From the NCBI GenBank assembly GCA_008080735.1, contig SHMW01000006.1, positions 28,588-92,587 on the forward strand: a DNA stretch of 64,000 nucleotides, in the 5' to 3' direction. Positions 47,933 through 58,356 of this stretch are shown piece after piece (positions within the stretch are counted from its first letter, which is position 1; each line of letters starts with the position of its first letter). A program made the translations under genes and the position numbers. Under the pieces are notes generated by a model. It was not told the DNA's origin, searched no databases, and saw only the letters and a list, made by a program, of their open reading frames with translations. This stretch comes from Promethearchaeota archaeon (GTDB lineage Archaea; Asgardarchaeota; Lokiarchaeia; Sigyniarchaeales; SOKP01).

Positions 47933-49837
47933 TTACTCAAAAATCTTCTCAATTATTTTCCCTTGGGCTGTTTGTGGTTTGGGAATCTCTAATAATTGGG
48001 ATAATGTAGGCACGATATCAATTAAATCGACGATCTCGGGTAATTGAATGCCCGATTTCACGCCAGGACCGGAAAAGATCATCGGCACGCTGATACTATA
48101 GTCGCCAACCGTCTCATCGGGAAGATAATAGGCGTGTGCTCCGAAACAGACGCTCGCGTCATATGCGGCAGGCTTTTTATATTGCCGTTTTTTTTTCCGC
48201 GCCGCGTTGAGGTCTCCTAAGCGACCATCAAAACACTGATACGGGGGATTCAAGAAAAAGACTACATCGCCAATTCTCTCGCCATTTTGTCCTAAAGGTT
48301 CGGCATCTTCTCTTCTTAACGCATATTTAACGATTTTCTCCCCGGTGTCCTGGTCTCGGAAATTTTCGAGTGCCTCAATTGTTTGGTCTCGGACGGACTC
48401 ATATTCTGAACTGCGAACGATACCGTTCGGATCTCGTCCTTTCTTATTTACCCATATGTAAGGTGGCTCCATATAGGGAAATACTTTCGTTTCATCCCAA
48501 TCTATTACATATTCTTTCTGCTGTTGATTCCATTCATATGTTAAAAGCCCAGCTTCTTCTAAAGCTAACGGAATATTCGCATTCTTCCACACAGGGATTG
48601 CCCCGTGGTCTGCGACAAAAAGAACGAGTGTCTCATTATCTACGCAATGTTCCAGAAGCTTGCCTACTAATTCATCGACGATCTGATAGGCAACCTCGAT
48701 CTGCTGATTTGCCGCAGAAGCATCTTCTTCGTTATAATCGGGGTATTTAGGGTATGAAGGGGCCAATGCTCTGTGATTCACGCTGTCAAGATGGTGGATA
48801 TGAAAAAAGCAAAAATCCCAATTCAAGCTTTTTTTTGCATAGATGATGGCATCTCCGAGAGAAAGGCTTTCGCTTCTTGCGTATTCCAGATATGGCGCGA
48901 TATCCCCCGATATCATATACTCGACTTCATGCTTTTGCTTCTCCTTCTGCCCTAATATACCCTGTCTGATAAGCTCTTCTCCAAACGAGTCGGGGACTGA
49001 CCATCCTTTGGTATTATATACAGTACTCCGCGTTAATTCTATACAGCTCCCATCTTTTTCGATATTTTTGATGTGCAGTTGGAAAAGACAGGGTAATAGG
49101 CCGTGCTCAGTTTCTAAATTTATTGAGATCCATTTACTGAGTTCATCGGGTTTAATCTCGTGGAGTATATCCCTCTCCTTGTCAATGTATATAAATGTGT
49201 CATAACCAATCCCCTTGGTATCAATGATATATCCGTTTAATGTTTTTGGAGTGGTTATCTCCCCATGCTTCAACTCAAAACTGATCTTTAATATCTCTGC
49301 CTCGCTCTTGATATTTATTGGGTGCTCGTTCGCTTTAGTGATTTTGCGTGCCTCATTTTCGGCATCTTTTTTGAATCTGAGGGTGGATTTTCTGGTTATT
49401 TTTTGGGGTAATGATTCAGGAATTGGCCAGGTAAACAAGCTCATGGCGCCCTCCTTAAATTCAGTTGGCCATCCTGCGGGATAATTAATTACGAAGGGTG
49501 TGTATCCGTTCTTATCCGCAGTATTCCAGAAATATTCCGCTCCCGCATACCGAGATAATTGGGTGCGAGAACGATTTTTAAGACTCATCTCAAAGGGCTC
49601 TCCTGGGAGATGAAGATAAAAACTCGTGGCTCCGTGAACTGCTGTAGTGGCTCCCGTTGCTAAAGTAGCCCAATTGGTAGGGGTATCACAAGGTGGGCAC
49701 GAATATGCCTTTCCCTTCACCCCCTCTTGGATAAGGGAATTAATATGCGGTAGTGTTCCTTGAGCGACAAATTTATCAATAAGACAAGGGATTGCTTGAT
49801 CTACTCCTATCACTAAGAGTTTTCTTTTTAGGTTTAT
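47933..49837 (-). CDS. Alkaline phosphatase superfamily (type I phosphodiesterase/nucleotide pyrophosphatase)
   Basis: KLLVIGVD, DTPTNWATLATG, LDSVNH, ADHG and DIVPT motifs. The start is probably upstream of the track's GTG at 49813 (ATA 49837 after GGTGA). Confidence 0.88.
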   Translation of the reverse strand: MNLKRKLLVIGVDQAIPCLIDKFVAQGTLPHINSLIQEGVKGKAYSCPPCDTPTNWATLATGATTAVHGATSFYLHLPGEPFEMSLKNRSRTQLSRYAGAEYFWNTADKNGYTPFVINYPAGWPTEFKEGAMSLFTWPIPESLPQKITRKSTLRFKKDAENEARKITKANEHPINIKSEAEILKISFELKHGEITTPKTLNGYIIDTKGIGYDTFIYIDKERDILHEIKPDELSKWISINLETEHGLLPCLFQLHIKNIEKDGSCIELTRSTVYNTKGWSVPDSFGEELIRQGILGQKEKQKHEVEYMISGDIAPYLEYARSESLSLGDAIIYAKKSLNWDFCFFHIHHLDSVNHRALAPSYPKYPDYNEEDASAANQQIEVAYQIVDELVGKLLEHCVDNETLVLFVADHGAIPVWKNANIPLALEEAGLLTYEWNQQQKEYVIDWDETKVFPYMEPPYIWVNKKGRDPNGIVRSSEYESVRDQTIEALENFRDQDTGEKIVKYALRREDAEPLGQNGERIGDVVFFLNPPYQCFDGRLGDLNAARKKKRQYKKPAAYDASVCFGAHAYYLPDETVGDYSISVPMIFSGPGVKSGIQLPEIVDLIDIVPTLSQLLEIPKPQTAQGKIIEKIFE

Positions 49838-50001
49838 TCTAACTCACCAACGAATATGAAATATGTTAATTGGAATAATCTTTGGTTCTTAAAGAATCTG
49901 AGAATTATAATTTTATCGTGGAATCATAGAATAGAAATAAATCTCTACAACTAAGAAATCAATAAAAATTGAAATAAAAAAAAGAAAATATTGGGTTTAA
50001 G

Positions 50002-50358
50002 TTATTCTTCATCCTCTTCGTCTTCTATGGAAAGTTCTTCCTCTTCGGCTGCTAGTTCCTCTTCGAGCTCCTCTAAAGGTACTGGAGCGGGAGTGGTAAG
50101 CATACTATAACCAATCCATACGGCGATAATAGCCACTAACACAACAACGAGAGTCATTGGGGCTACGACAAATAATCGCCAATCGAAGAGATCGACACCT
50201 AACCAAGAAGAGGTGATATCAAAACCGTTTTCTAGACCGCCAAAAAGTGAGGTGGTCATGAGGAAATCCACGAGAGAACCTAATACGTAAATAATTCCGA
50301 GGAGCGCGCCTACAACGACAATAATTGCTCCGATTAATTTATCTTTTGCGATAAGCAA
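50002..50358 (-). CDS. Small 2-TM archaeal membrane protein with acidic tail
   Basis: Two TMs, WIGYSMLTTPAP motif, Glu-rich C-terminus. Confidence 0.75.
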   Translation of the reverse strand: MLIAKDKLIGAIIVVVGALLGIIYVLGSLVDFLMTTSLFGGLENGFDITSSWLGVDLFDWRLFVVAPMTLVVVLVAIIAVWIGYSMLTTPAPVPLEELEEELAAEEEELSIEDEEDEE

Positions 50359-50565
50359 TCACCTTTCAAATTTTAATTTTTGATTTTGTTTATGATAATT
50401 TTTAGTTGATATTTCTAGTATATTTCAAAACATCTTTAAATAAAAACCATTCGCTCTGATGAGGTAAGTTAAGTCAATTCTTCTTGATTAATAAATAAAA
50501 TTAAATTAAGTATCTTATATCATTCTGTTAAATAGGATATAATTATCGTATAAAAGGCAATTTAT

Positions 50566-51558
50566 ATGGACAAATCAACCCCAGAGAATGAGTATGTGCT
50601 CATCATCGGCTCGAGTAATATGGATCTTAATATTTATTCGGAACGCTTACCCTCACCCGGGGAAACTGTGACGGGTGGGATCTTTCGGCAATCTTTAGGC
50701 GGGAAAGGGGCAAATCAAGCGGTTGCCGCTGCTCGCGCAGGCTCAGAAGTGGTATTTATCGCAAAGATCGGGCGGGATGATTTTGGATCACAGATGAGTA
50801 CCAAATTATCCCAAGAAGGGATAAATACAAACTTTATGCTCCAAGATCCAGAGGAACATAGCGGAGTTGCATTTATTATGATCGATAAGAATGGAGAAAA
50901 TATGATAAGTGTTGCTCCTGGAGCAAATGCTACACTGAGCGTTGAGGAGATAGAAAAGCATGGAAGTATTTTACGAAATGCAACTTCCTTGGTGGTGCAG
51001 ATGGAGATTCCAATGGAGACTATCAATAAGATTTACGAGATAGCATCAGAAGGGCATTGTATTAAAATTTTGAACCCGGCACCTCTAAAACCGATTCCAC
51101 CTGATCTTTTAAAAAATATTGATATTATCGTGCCAAATGAGGGTGAACTTTTCCGATTACATTCTCTTCTCGGATTTTCGAATCCACAGACGAAGGAATC
51201 GATTAGTCGGTCAGATAATATTATCATGGCATCCAAAGATATCGCGAGTTTGGGGGTAGACTATATTATCACCACGTTGGGAGCCGATGGTTCACTCATC
51301 TACTATGCGGATTCCGATAAAATAACACGCGTTCCGGCCTTTAAAGTGAATGCAGTAGACACGGTTGGCGCGGGAGACTGTTTTAATGGAGTATTCGTTT
51401 CATATCTTACTAAAAGTTTCTCAATGATCGAGGCGGTCAAAGCTGCTACCGCAGCAGCATCTATCGCAGTCACTCGAAAGGGGGCACAAGAGTCTATGCC
51501 GAACGAAAGTGAAATTCGTCAACGTATAGAAGAATACAATAAAATTATAAATTTATGA
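50566..51558 (+). CDS. rbsK: Ribokinase (PfkB family)
   Basis: GSSNMDL, GGKGANQAVAAAR, NPAP, PNEGE and DTVGAGDCF motifs. Confidence 0.93.
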   Translation: MDKSTPENEYVLIIGSSNMDLNIYSERLPSPGETVTGGIFRQSLGGKGANQAVAAARAGSEVVFIAKIGRDDFGSQMSTKLSQEGINTNFMLQDPEEHSGVAFIMIDKNGENMISVAPGANATLSVEEIEKHGSILRNATSLVVQMEIPMETINKIYEIASEGHCIKILNPAPLKPIPPDLLKNIDIIVPNEGELFRLHSLLGFSNPQTKESISRSDNIIMASKDIASLGVDYIITTLGADGSLIYYADSDKITRVPAFKVNAVDTVGAGDCFNGVFVSYLTKSFSMIEAVKAATAAASIAVTRKGAQESMPNESEIRQRIEEYNKIINL

Positions 51559-51565
51559 ATTATTA

Positions 51566-52255
51566 ATGGTAAATAAGATGAATTCTGAGGATTTAAAACC
51601 CAACAGAGGAACTAAGCTGCGGAAAAACGGCTCCAAACCGCTTAAAATTGATATTGAAAAACTATACTTCACCTCCCTTATGGTCATCAATGAACATGAA
51701 TTTCTTACAGACAATATTACCTCTGCCGATCTTATAATCTCTGTGGGGGATCATTATATGATTATCAACAAATCAGAGCGACCTATTCATATTGAATATA
51801 ATACAGATATAACCCATCACGAGGTGATATACGACCCCTACAAATACGAACACACACAAAAAAAGAAGATAGATCCAGACAAGTTCCAAACAGAGCATGA
51901 TGTGCTGGAGGGTTTTATCGATATCTTGCCCAAATGGTACAGCATAAAATTTACATATCCGGAATACAATCTTATTTTCATCAAACCCGAAATGGGAATA
52001 TCGTTTCAAACCCATCAAGAGCGTTCGGAAACATGGGAAATCCTCTCTGGACAACCCATTGTATTAAATGATAATCATGTGTATTATTATGTGAACTCAG
52101 GAACACGATTTACGACTCCAAAACAGTCATATCATTCCATTATCAACCCTAATGAGAAAGGAGGGGAATATGTGGTATTTAAAGAACAATGGAATGGAAA
52201 TTTTGATGAACAAGATATCACACGGGTGTTTAATCCGAACCATTACAGTGATTAA
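51566..52255 (+). CDS. Cupin protein (type II mannose-6-phosphate isomerase C-terminal-like)
   Basis: SFQTHQERSETW...HSIIN...DEQDITR resembles the SLQxHxxRSEHW...EDDIxR cupin. Confidence 0.65.
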   Translation: MVNKMNSEDLKPNRGTKLRKNGSKPLKIDIEKLYFTSLMVINEHEFLTDNITSADLIISVGDHYMIINKSERPIHIEYNTDITHHEVIYDPYKYEHTQKKKIDPDKFQTEHDVLEGFIDILPKWYSIKFTYPEYNLIFIKPEMGISFQTHQERSETWEILSGQPIVLNDNHVYYYVNSGTRFTTPKQSYHSIINPNEKGGEYVVFKEQWNGNFDEQDITRVFNPNHYSD

Positions 52256-52317
52256 GAGGATCGATTTTACTCAAAGAAAAAGAGAGAAAAAAAATTCCCA
52301 AAACATACGTATCTCCT

Positions 52318-52803
52318 TTATGATTCGTAAAGTGTAATACATTTTTCCTTTAAGACACCTTTTTTAACCCAGATCGGAGCGTTCGCCCGTTCAATGAGTT
52401 CTTCACAAGGCAAGTCTATACGCGTTCGCCCGAGTTCAAGAGCTTCCTTAATAGACACACTATATACTATTCCTTGTATTCTCGCCCAGATAAGCGCAGT
52501 GGTACACATTGGGCATGGCTCGTGGGTAGAAAAAAGAATACTTTCGCTTAGATCCTTCCCAAATTTCTTGCTGGCAATCCGTATTGCATTTAATTCTGCG
52601 TGAGCGGTCGGATCAGAGTCTACATTCTCGGTGTCATGGGCTTTCGCAATAATTTCCCTCTTCTTGACAATTACCACAACCGCACCAAATCCGTTATTAC
52701 CCTCCTTCAGCGATTTATAGGCTTCTTCGAGTGCTATATGCATATATCGTTCATACTCTTTTTCCAACTGTTTTTCCGCATCTCTTATTTCAGCATCTTC
52801 CAT
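52318..52803 (-). CDS. Nucleoside/nucleobase deaminase (CDA/TadA/GuaD-like)
   Basis: FGAVVV, DPTAHAE and EPCPMC motifs. Confidence 0.9.
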   Translation of the reverse strand: MEDAEIRDAEKQLEKEYERYMHIALEEAYKSLKEGNNGFGAVVVIVKKREIIAKAHDTENVDSDPTAHAELNAIRIASKKFGKDLSESILFSTHEPCPMCTTALIWARIQGIVYSVSIKEALELGRTRIDLPCEELIERANAPIWVKKGVLKEKCITLYES

Positions 52804-53071
52804 TTTTATTTAAACCATAATTATCTATAATCCTAATAAAGTAACGATTATTATTTATTCCACTAGGCAATACAAAAATTGATAAACAGCAAGACAAATT
52901 ACTCCTTATAAAGTTTATCTTTTGTGTGCTTCTTTTCGGTTCTCCCATAATTTTTTCATCGTTTTTCAATTAAATTAAAAAATTATAGAATACTAAATAG
53001 AGTTACAATACAATTAAATTTGTATTATCTAACGAAATAAAACTTATCGGAACAAACGGATTTGAACAATA

Positions 53072-53575
53072 ATGACTCCAGATGAAGAAATGGATGAGGA
53101 AGAGCTTGAAGAATCAGAGGAAATAGAAGAAGAAACAGTTGATGATGAAGAAGAGGAGGAAGAAGAACTTGATCGATTAAAGTTCCATTATCGGGGATAC
53201 ACACTCGAAGAACTTAAGCGTATGAGCATGGATAAGTTTATTCAATTATTACCTGCTCGAGCTCGGCGTTCTTTAAAGCGAGGGTTACCGCCACGTCAGA
53301 AGAAATTGTTAGAACGATTACGAAGGTCGTATCGTGCCAAGAAACGAGGTAAAGATTTAATTACCCGAACTCATGTGCGGGATATGCTCATCTTTCCTGA
53401 GATGGTTGGACTTAAAATCGGTGTATATAACGGTCATAGCTATGAAATCGTTGAAATTAAACCGGATATGATCGGTCACTATCTCGGCGAGTTTGCCCTT
53501 ACGAGGAGGCGAGTCACACACGGAAGTCCGGGAATCGGAGCTACCAGAAGTTCAAAATATGTTCCACTAAAGTAA
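53072..53575 (+). CDS. rps19: 30S ribosomal protein uS19 with acidic N-terminal extension
   Basis: [27 protein letters not shown] and [12 protein letters not shown] motifs. Confidence 0.97.
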   Translation: MTPDEEMDEEELEESEEIEEETVDDEEEEEEELDRLKFHYRGYTLEELKRMSMDKFIQLLPARARRSLKRGLPPRQKKLLERLRRSYRAKKRGKDLITRTHVRDMLIFPEMVGLKIGVYNGHSYEIVEIKPDMIGHYLGEFALTRRRVTHGSPGIGATRSSKYVPLK

Positions 53576-53607
53576 ATACATCTATATAATCAATGAGTTG
53601 AATAAAT

Positions 53608-54087
53608 ATGCCAAATTGGGGATACTCGTTTTCAGAAGAGAAATACGATTCAGAGCGGTTAGCAAAAGCAGCAGGAAGAGACTTGCGAATTAAACCGAAG
53701 CAAGCACGAGAGATTTGCGCAGTCATTAAAGGAATGCGTCTTGACGAGGCAAAATCGTATTTAGAAAAAGTGATTAGAATGGAGCAATCAGTCCCATTTC
53801 GAAGACATAATAAGAAACAATCACACCGAAAAGATCTGAAGCAATTTAAATGGGATGCGGGACGTTATCCGCGCAAAGCAGCCGCCCGAATCTATGAAAT
53901 CCTCACGCAAGTAGAATCCAACGCAGAATATCAAGGGTTAGACATTGATTTATGTAGAATTATTCATGCGGCAACTCATCGAGGGAGGAAAATAAAACGT
54001 TATATTGAACGTGCCTATGGTCGTTCTACCGCGTATTTTAAACATCTTTCACATATTGAAATTGTCGTATATGAATTCCCAAGTTAG
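53608..54087 (+). CDS. rpl22: 50S ribosomal protein uL22
   Basis: VPFRRHNKK, GRYPRKAA and RAYGRST motifs. Confidence 0.97.
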   Translation: MPNWGYSFSEEKYDSERLAKAAGRDLRIKPKQAREICAVIKGMRLDEAKSYLEKVIRMEQSVPFRRHNKKQSHRKDLKQFKWDAGRYPRKAAARIYEILTQVESNAEYQGLDIDLCRIIHAATHRGRKIKRYIERAYGRSTAYFKHLSHIEIVVYEFPS

Positions 54088-54132
54088 GTAAATTAAAAAT
54101 ACAATACAAAAAATATTAAAGAATCAAGGAGA

Positions 54133-54936
54133 TTGATGGAAACATTGCCACTGGCTAAACATTTTATAGAGCAAGGTATTAAATTGATGCAAATTAACGA
54201 GTATTTACGCAATGAATTATCCCGTGCTGGATTTGCAGGTATCGATTTACAAAAAACCCCGCTTGGAGTACGCATCACTTTAAAAACGTCTCGACCGGGA
54301 TTAGTAATCGGGAAAGGAGGAAAGAGAATCCGTGAAATTACAGAAGAACTAGAAGAGCGGTTCGAATTGGAAATGCCTCAAATTGAGGTTGAAGAGGTCC
54401 AAAATCCCAGTCTCGATGCACAAATAATGGCAGAACGATTAGCGTATTCATTAGATCGTGGACGGCATTATAGGCGTGCGGGATATTATATTCTCCGACG
54501 TATTATGGATGCGGGGGCTAAAGGTTGTGAAATCCGCATCGCGGGAAAAATCACTTCACAGAGAGCACGAGCACAGATTTTTCGTGCTGGGACTATGAAA
54601 AAAAGCGGGCAGCCTGCTCAAGAAGCTGTTGACAAAGGAGTGGCTCAATGTATTCAGAAATCGGGTACATTGGGAATTATTGTAAAAATATTCCACGCCA
54701 ACTATGATACCGGAGATGAGGTAATCATCAAGCGAGACTTATTACAGAAAACACAAAAAGAAATCGAATCGAAGAAACCCAAAACTAAAGCGGAAAAGCT
54801 AAAAGCTGGAGAATATTTAGTTGAAGAGAGCGAAGCAGAACTGACCGAGGAGGAGAAGGAGCTTATCGATGAAGTAGATGAGGAAGAAGTCGCAGAAGCT
54901 TCTATTGAAACAGAAGAAGAGAGTGAAGAGGAATAA
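54133..54936 (+). CDS. rps3: 30S ribosomal protein uS3 with acidic C-terminal tail
   Basis: KH domain RPGLVIGKGG, and GAKGCEIRIAGK. Confidence 0.97.
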   Translation: MMETLPLAKHFIEQGIKLMQINEYLRNELSRAGFAGIDLQKTPLGVRITLKTSRPGLVIGKGGKRIREITEELEERFELEMPQIEVEEVQNPSLDAQIMAERLAYSLDRGRHYRRAGYYILRRIMDAGAKGCEIRIAGKITSQRARAQIFRAGTMKKSGQPAQEAVDKGVAQCIQKSGTLGIIVKIFHANYDTGDEVIIKRDLLQKTQKEIESKKPKTKAEKLKAGEYLVEESEAELTEEEKELIDEVDEEEVAEASIETEEESEEE

Positions 54937-54963
54937 ATATAAAATATATAAAAACCGTGATGG

Positions 54964-55185
54964 ATGAAAATGGTATTAAAAGCGTCTGATATTAGGCAAA
55001 TGGATGAGCGAGAACGCATGAGAAAACTTACAGATTTACGGGAGGAAATGATGCTCCTTTATAGTATGCAGACTGGCGGAGGTCTCTCAGACAACCCTGC
55101 GAAAGCAAAAATGCTCAGAAAACAGATCGCACGGATCCTTACAGTAATGAACGAAGAAAAGCAAAAAAATGAAGATCAATCCTAA
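54964..55185 (+). CDS. rpl29: 50S ribosomal protein uL29
   Basis: NPAKAKMLRKQIARILT motif; operon position. Confidence 0.93.
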   Translation: MKMVLKASDIRQMDERERMRKLTDLREEMMLLYSMQTGGGLSDNPAKAKMLRKQIARILTVMNEEKQKNEDQS

Positions 55186-55483
55186 ATATCTAATCTATCA
55201 TGATCTTATTGGACTCGATGCCTACGCCAAACCTAAATCGCACCCGCGAGCGGAGTTCTCGTATCTCGGCTCTGTGATCGACGATACGGAAAACATGTTA
55301 ATTACAGAAAACTACAATGATCGAAAAAAATATATAAAAAAAAAATATATCTTTCGGATTCTCATTCCAAATCAATCCCAAGATATGAAAAAGCGGTGGT
55401 TGGAGTTCGATGGCGAAAAGATTGTCGGTCGTCCTGAAAACCGCCTACGAAGTTTGAAGAAAAAAAGAAGATTGAAGAAATAA
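55169..55483 (+). CDS. rnp1: Ribonuclease P protein Rpp29/POP4
   Basis: HDLIGL...GSVIDDTENM...GRPENRL; position between L29 and S17. Confidence 0.88.
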   Translation: MKINPKYLIYHDLIGLDAYAKPKSHPRAEFSYLGSVIDDTENMLITENYNDRKKYIKKKYIFRILIPNQSQDMKKRWLEFDGEKIVGRPENRLRSLKKKRRLKK

Positions 55484-55513
55484 CACCTAATTGAAAAGGA
55501 AAAGGTTTAGAAA

Positions 55514-55870
55514 ATGAGCAGAAATATTGGAGTTCCAAACGTAAGCCCTCCGAAAATGAAGGCAGAAGAATGTGATGATAAATACTGCCCGTTTCATGGA
55601 ACTACACGAATAAGAGGGAAGATTACAAAAGGAACCGTAGTAAGTAAACGATCACGTAATACAGTTGTTATTAGATTTGATTATGTTCAATTCATTAAAA
55701 AATATCAAAGATATGAACGACGTAATTCGCGGCTTATATGCCATTTACCCAGCTGTTTAAATGATGAGGTTGATTTAGGTGATTTAGTGCTGGTGGGCGA
55801 GAGTCGCAAAATTTCAAAAACAAAATCATTTATTGTATTAAATAAAATTAAGAAAGTAGGTGAAGAGTAG
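55514..55870 (+). CDS. rps17: 30S ribosomal protein uS17
   Basis: CDDKYCPFHG, KKYQRYERR and SRKISKTKSF motifs. Confidence 0.97.
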   Translation: MSRNIGVPNVSPPKMKAEECDDKYCPFHGTTRIRGKITKGTVVSKRSRNTVVIRFDYVQFIKKYQRYERRNSRLICHLPSCLNDEVDLGDLVLVGESRKISKTKSFIVLNKIKKVGEE

Positions 55871-56295
55871 TGGGAACACGCCGAAAGCTTGGAAGAAAAA
55901 AAATCGTAAAACCCCGAACAAGTTATGGTCTTGCTAACGGATCTAAAGTTGTGATCGCTGATAATTCAGGAGCAAAAATCGCAAAAATTATCAATGTCGA
56001 TCATACAAAAACGAGACAAAGACGATTACCCCAAGCCACTGTTGGAGATCTCTGTACGGTTTCTATCAAGAAAGGAAAGCCTGAGTTGAGAGGGAATGTT
56101 TTGAAATGTGTTATCGTACGGCAAAGGCGAATCTATCGGCGTGTGGATGGTACCAGGCTCTGTTTCGAAGACAATGCTGGTGTAATCGTGACTGCCGAAG
56201 GAGAGCCAAAAGGCACAGAAATTCGAGGCCCTATCGCACGAGAAGCCGCAGAAACCTTTCCACGACTCGCCTCAATATCATCATTAATTATTTAA
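55870..56295 (+). CDS. rpl14: 50S ribosomal protein uL14
   Basis: ADNSGAK, FEDNAGVI and GPIAREAA motifs. Confidence 0.97.
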   Translation: MGTRRKLGRKKIVKPRTSYGLANGSKVVIADNSGAKIAKIINVDHTKTRQRRLPQATVGDLCTVSIKKGKPELRGNVLKCVIVRQRRIYRRVDGTRLCFEDNAGVIVTAEGEPKGTEIRGPIAREAAETFPRLASISSLII

Positions 56296-56317
56296 GTAAA
56301 ATTATAAAGTGTTTATT

Positions 56318-56755
56318 ATGAAGATAAAATCTCAAAAACCAAAAAAACAGCGGAAGGCTCTATATAATTATAAAAACCATCAGAGATCGAAGTTATTACG
56401 ATGTCGCTTAGCCGATTTTCTCCAAGAAGAATATGGTGTCCAGACACTACCCTTGCGTGTAGGTGACCAAGTGCGTATCACAAGAGGGGAATTTAGGGAC
56501 TTCGAAGGAGAAGTCACAGAAATCGATAAAAACCTCCGGGTAAAAATTAAGGAAGCTGCCTTTGAAAAAGCTGATGGGACGGAGTTTCACCCTGGTATTC
56601 ATGTTTCAAATTTAATTATAACCAAATTTCAGAAAGAAGGAAAAGATATGGACCCTTGGCGCGCGCATATGATCGATAGAAAGTCTATATTCGGGTTTGA
56701 TTGGGAAGAAGAACTCAAAGGGCCGAAAAAAGAAAAGATGGAGGAAATAGAATAA
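56318..56755 (+). CDS. rpl24: 50S ribosomal protein uL24
   Basis: SQKPKKQRK, RVGDQVRITRG (KOW), HVSNL; ATG 56318 preferred as start. Confidence 0.95.
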   Translation: MKIKSQKPKKQRKALYNYKNHQRSKLLRCRLADFLQEEYGVQTLPLRVGDQVRITRGEFRDFEGEVTEIDKNLRVKIKEAAFEKADGTEFHPGIHVSNLIITKFQKEGKDMDPWRAHMIDRKSIFGFDWEEELKGPKKEKMEEIE

Positions 56756-56756
56756 A

Positions 56757-57512
56757 ATGACTAAACACGGCGATTCAAAAACCTTAAAAAGATTAAATAC
56801 TCCTAAGTTTCTCCAAATTAAGAGGAAACACGGCAAATTTTTCGTATCACCTTCACCTGGACCTCATCCAAAACGATTTTGCTTACCATTATTGCATATT
56901 GTACGCGATTTACTTCAGATAATGGATAATCATCGTGAAGCAAAGAAGCTAATCGGGAGAGGGTATTTTAAGGTGGATGGAAAAGTAGTTCGCGACGAGC
57001 GTTTCCCTGTTGGATTAATGGATGTCTTATCAATCGATCAGATCGATACTCATTACCGAATCATTCCTGATTCCCATTATGGACTAATGCTTCATGAAAT
57101 CTCAAAAGAAGAGAGTGAATTTAAGCTTTGTCGGATAAATGGAAAAAAGACCATTCAAGGTGGCCATATCCAGTTGAACCTACATGATGGTCGAAATATC
57201 CTTATTCGCCTAGATGATCCTACTAATCCGGAAGAAGATAAATACAGACGGATGGATGTGTTGAAGATTTCCCTTCCCGAACAGGATATCATCAAAAATT
57301 TGGAATTTGCTGAGAATAAACTTGCATTGATCATTGACGGGACTAATATCGGTCAAATTGGAAAAATAATTAGTGTCCAAAAGCGATTTGGTCCAAACGC
57401 AAGCACTGTGTCCATCGAGCAAGATGGAGAACAAATTGAAACCTCATATGATTATACGTTTATCGTGGGTGTTGATGAACCCGAAATTGATTTGCCTGAA
57501 GGTATGCAATAA
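56757..57512 (+). CDS. rps4e: 30S ribosomal protein eS4
   Basis: PSPGPH, FPVGLMDV and QLNLHDGRNI motifs. Confidence 0.97.
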   Translation: MTKHGDSKTLKRLNTPKFLQIKRKHGKFFVSPSPGPHPKRFCLPLLHIVRDLLQIMDNHREAKKLIGRGYFKVDGKVVRDERFPVGLMDVLSIDQIDTHYRIIPDSHYGLMLHEISKEESEFKLCRINGKKTIQGGHIQLNLHDGRNILIRLDDPTNPEEDKYRRMDVLKISLPEQDIIKNLEFAENKLALIIDGTNIGQIGKIISVQKRFGPNASTVSIEQDGEQIETSYDYTFIVGVDEPEIDLPEGMQ

Positions 57513-57530
57513 TAAAAATCAACAAAAAAA

Positions 57531-58127
57531 GTGAAAAAAATGGTATCAAATAGCACAAAAAACGAGTCGCAGAATATCAACATATTCGAAGAAAATTGGA
57601 AAAATCCAATGAAAAAACCCTATTTGGAGAAAATTGTTCTGAATATTGGAGTTGGTTCTGGCGGAGAAGAGCTCGAACGCGCCGCTACCGTATTGGAAAC
57701 GATTTCTGGGAAACAACCCAAAAAAACTCTTTCACGCAAGAACATTAAGGAATTCAATCTTCGGAAAGGGCGTCCTATTGGGGTTAAAGTCACCGTGCGA
57801 GGAAAGGAGGCTGAGGAGTTGCTTAAACGTTTATTGATTGTCCATAATAATAGAATTAAACGAACGAGTTTTGATGATTATGGTAATTTCGGATTCGGCA
57901 TTACCGAACACATCGCAATTCCCAGAGTAGAATATGATACATTAATCGGGATCTGGGGTTTGGATGTGACGGGCCGAATTGTTCGTCCTGGTATGCGTGT
58001 AAAATATCGCCGCGTACATAAAGCAAAAATTCCTCAGGATCATTACGTGTCTCGAGAAGAAGCGAAATATTTTCTTGAAAAGTTTTTCGATGTGCGGATA
58101 GTGGAGCAATTACAAGAAGAATATTAA
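57531..58127 (+). CDS. rpl5: 50S ribosomal protein uL5
   Basis: NPM...KIVLNIGVG, IGVKVTVRG and GNFGFGITEHI motifs. Confidence 0.97.
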   Translation: MKKMVSNSTKNESQNINIFEENWKNPMKKPYLEKIVLNIGVGSGGEELERAATVLETISGKQPKKTLSRKNIKEFNLRKGRPIGVKVTVRGKEAEELLKRLLIVHNNRIKRTSFDDYGNFGFGITEHIAIPRVEYDTLIGIWGLDVTGRIVRPGMRVKYRRVHKAKIPQDHYVSREEAKYFLEKFFDVRIVEQLQEEY

Positions 58128-58206
58128 TACTTAATACTAAATCTATCATTAATTTCAATTCCATTAAAAAAAAAATAAAAAAAAGAGTAAATAGGTGAGA
58201 ACAAAA

Positions 58207-58356
58207 TTGCCTCAAGGAGGAGATCATGGCAAAGGAAGTAGAGTGTGTCGACGCTGCGGCACCCATCGTGGCATTATTCGTAGATATGGGTTAAATATTT
58301 GTCGACGCTGCTTCTACGAAATCGCAGACCAAATCGGCTTTAAGCGATATCAATAA
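58207..58356 (+). CDS. rps14: 30S ribosomal protein uS14 (zinc-binding)
   Basis: Below the track's size cutoff. TTG start after GGTGA: [49 protein letters not shown]. Confidence 0.95.
   Translation: MPQGGDHGKGSRVCRRCGTHRGIIRRYGLNICRRCFYEIADQIGFKRYQ

Noticed and set aside
50451-50480. CTGATGAG, resembling a hammerhead ribozyme core or C/D box
   Set aside because: No stem II followed by GAAA, no flanking stems and no partner box.
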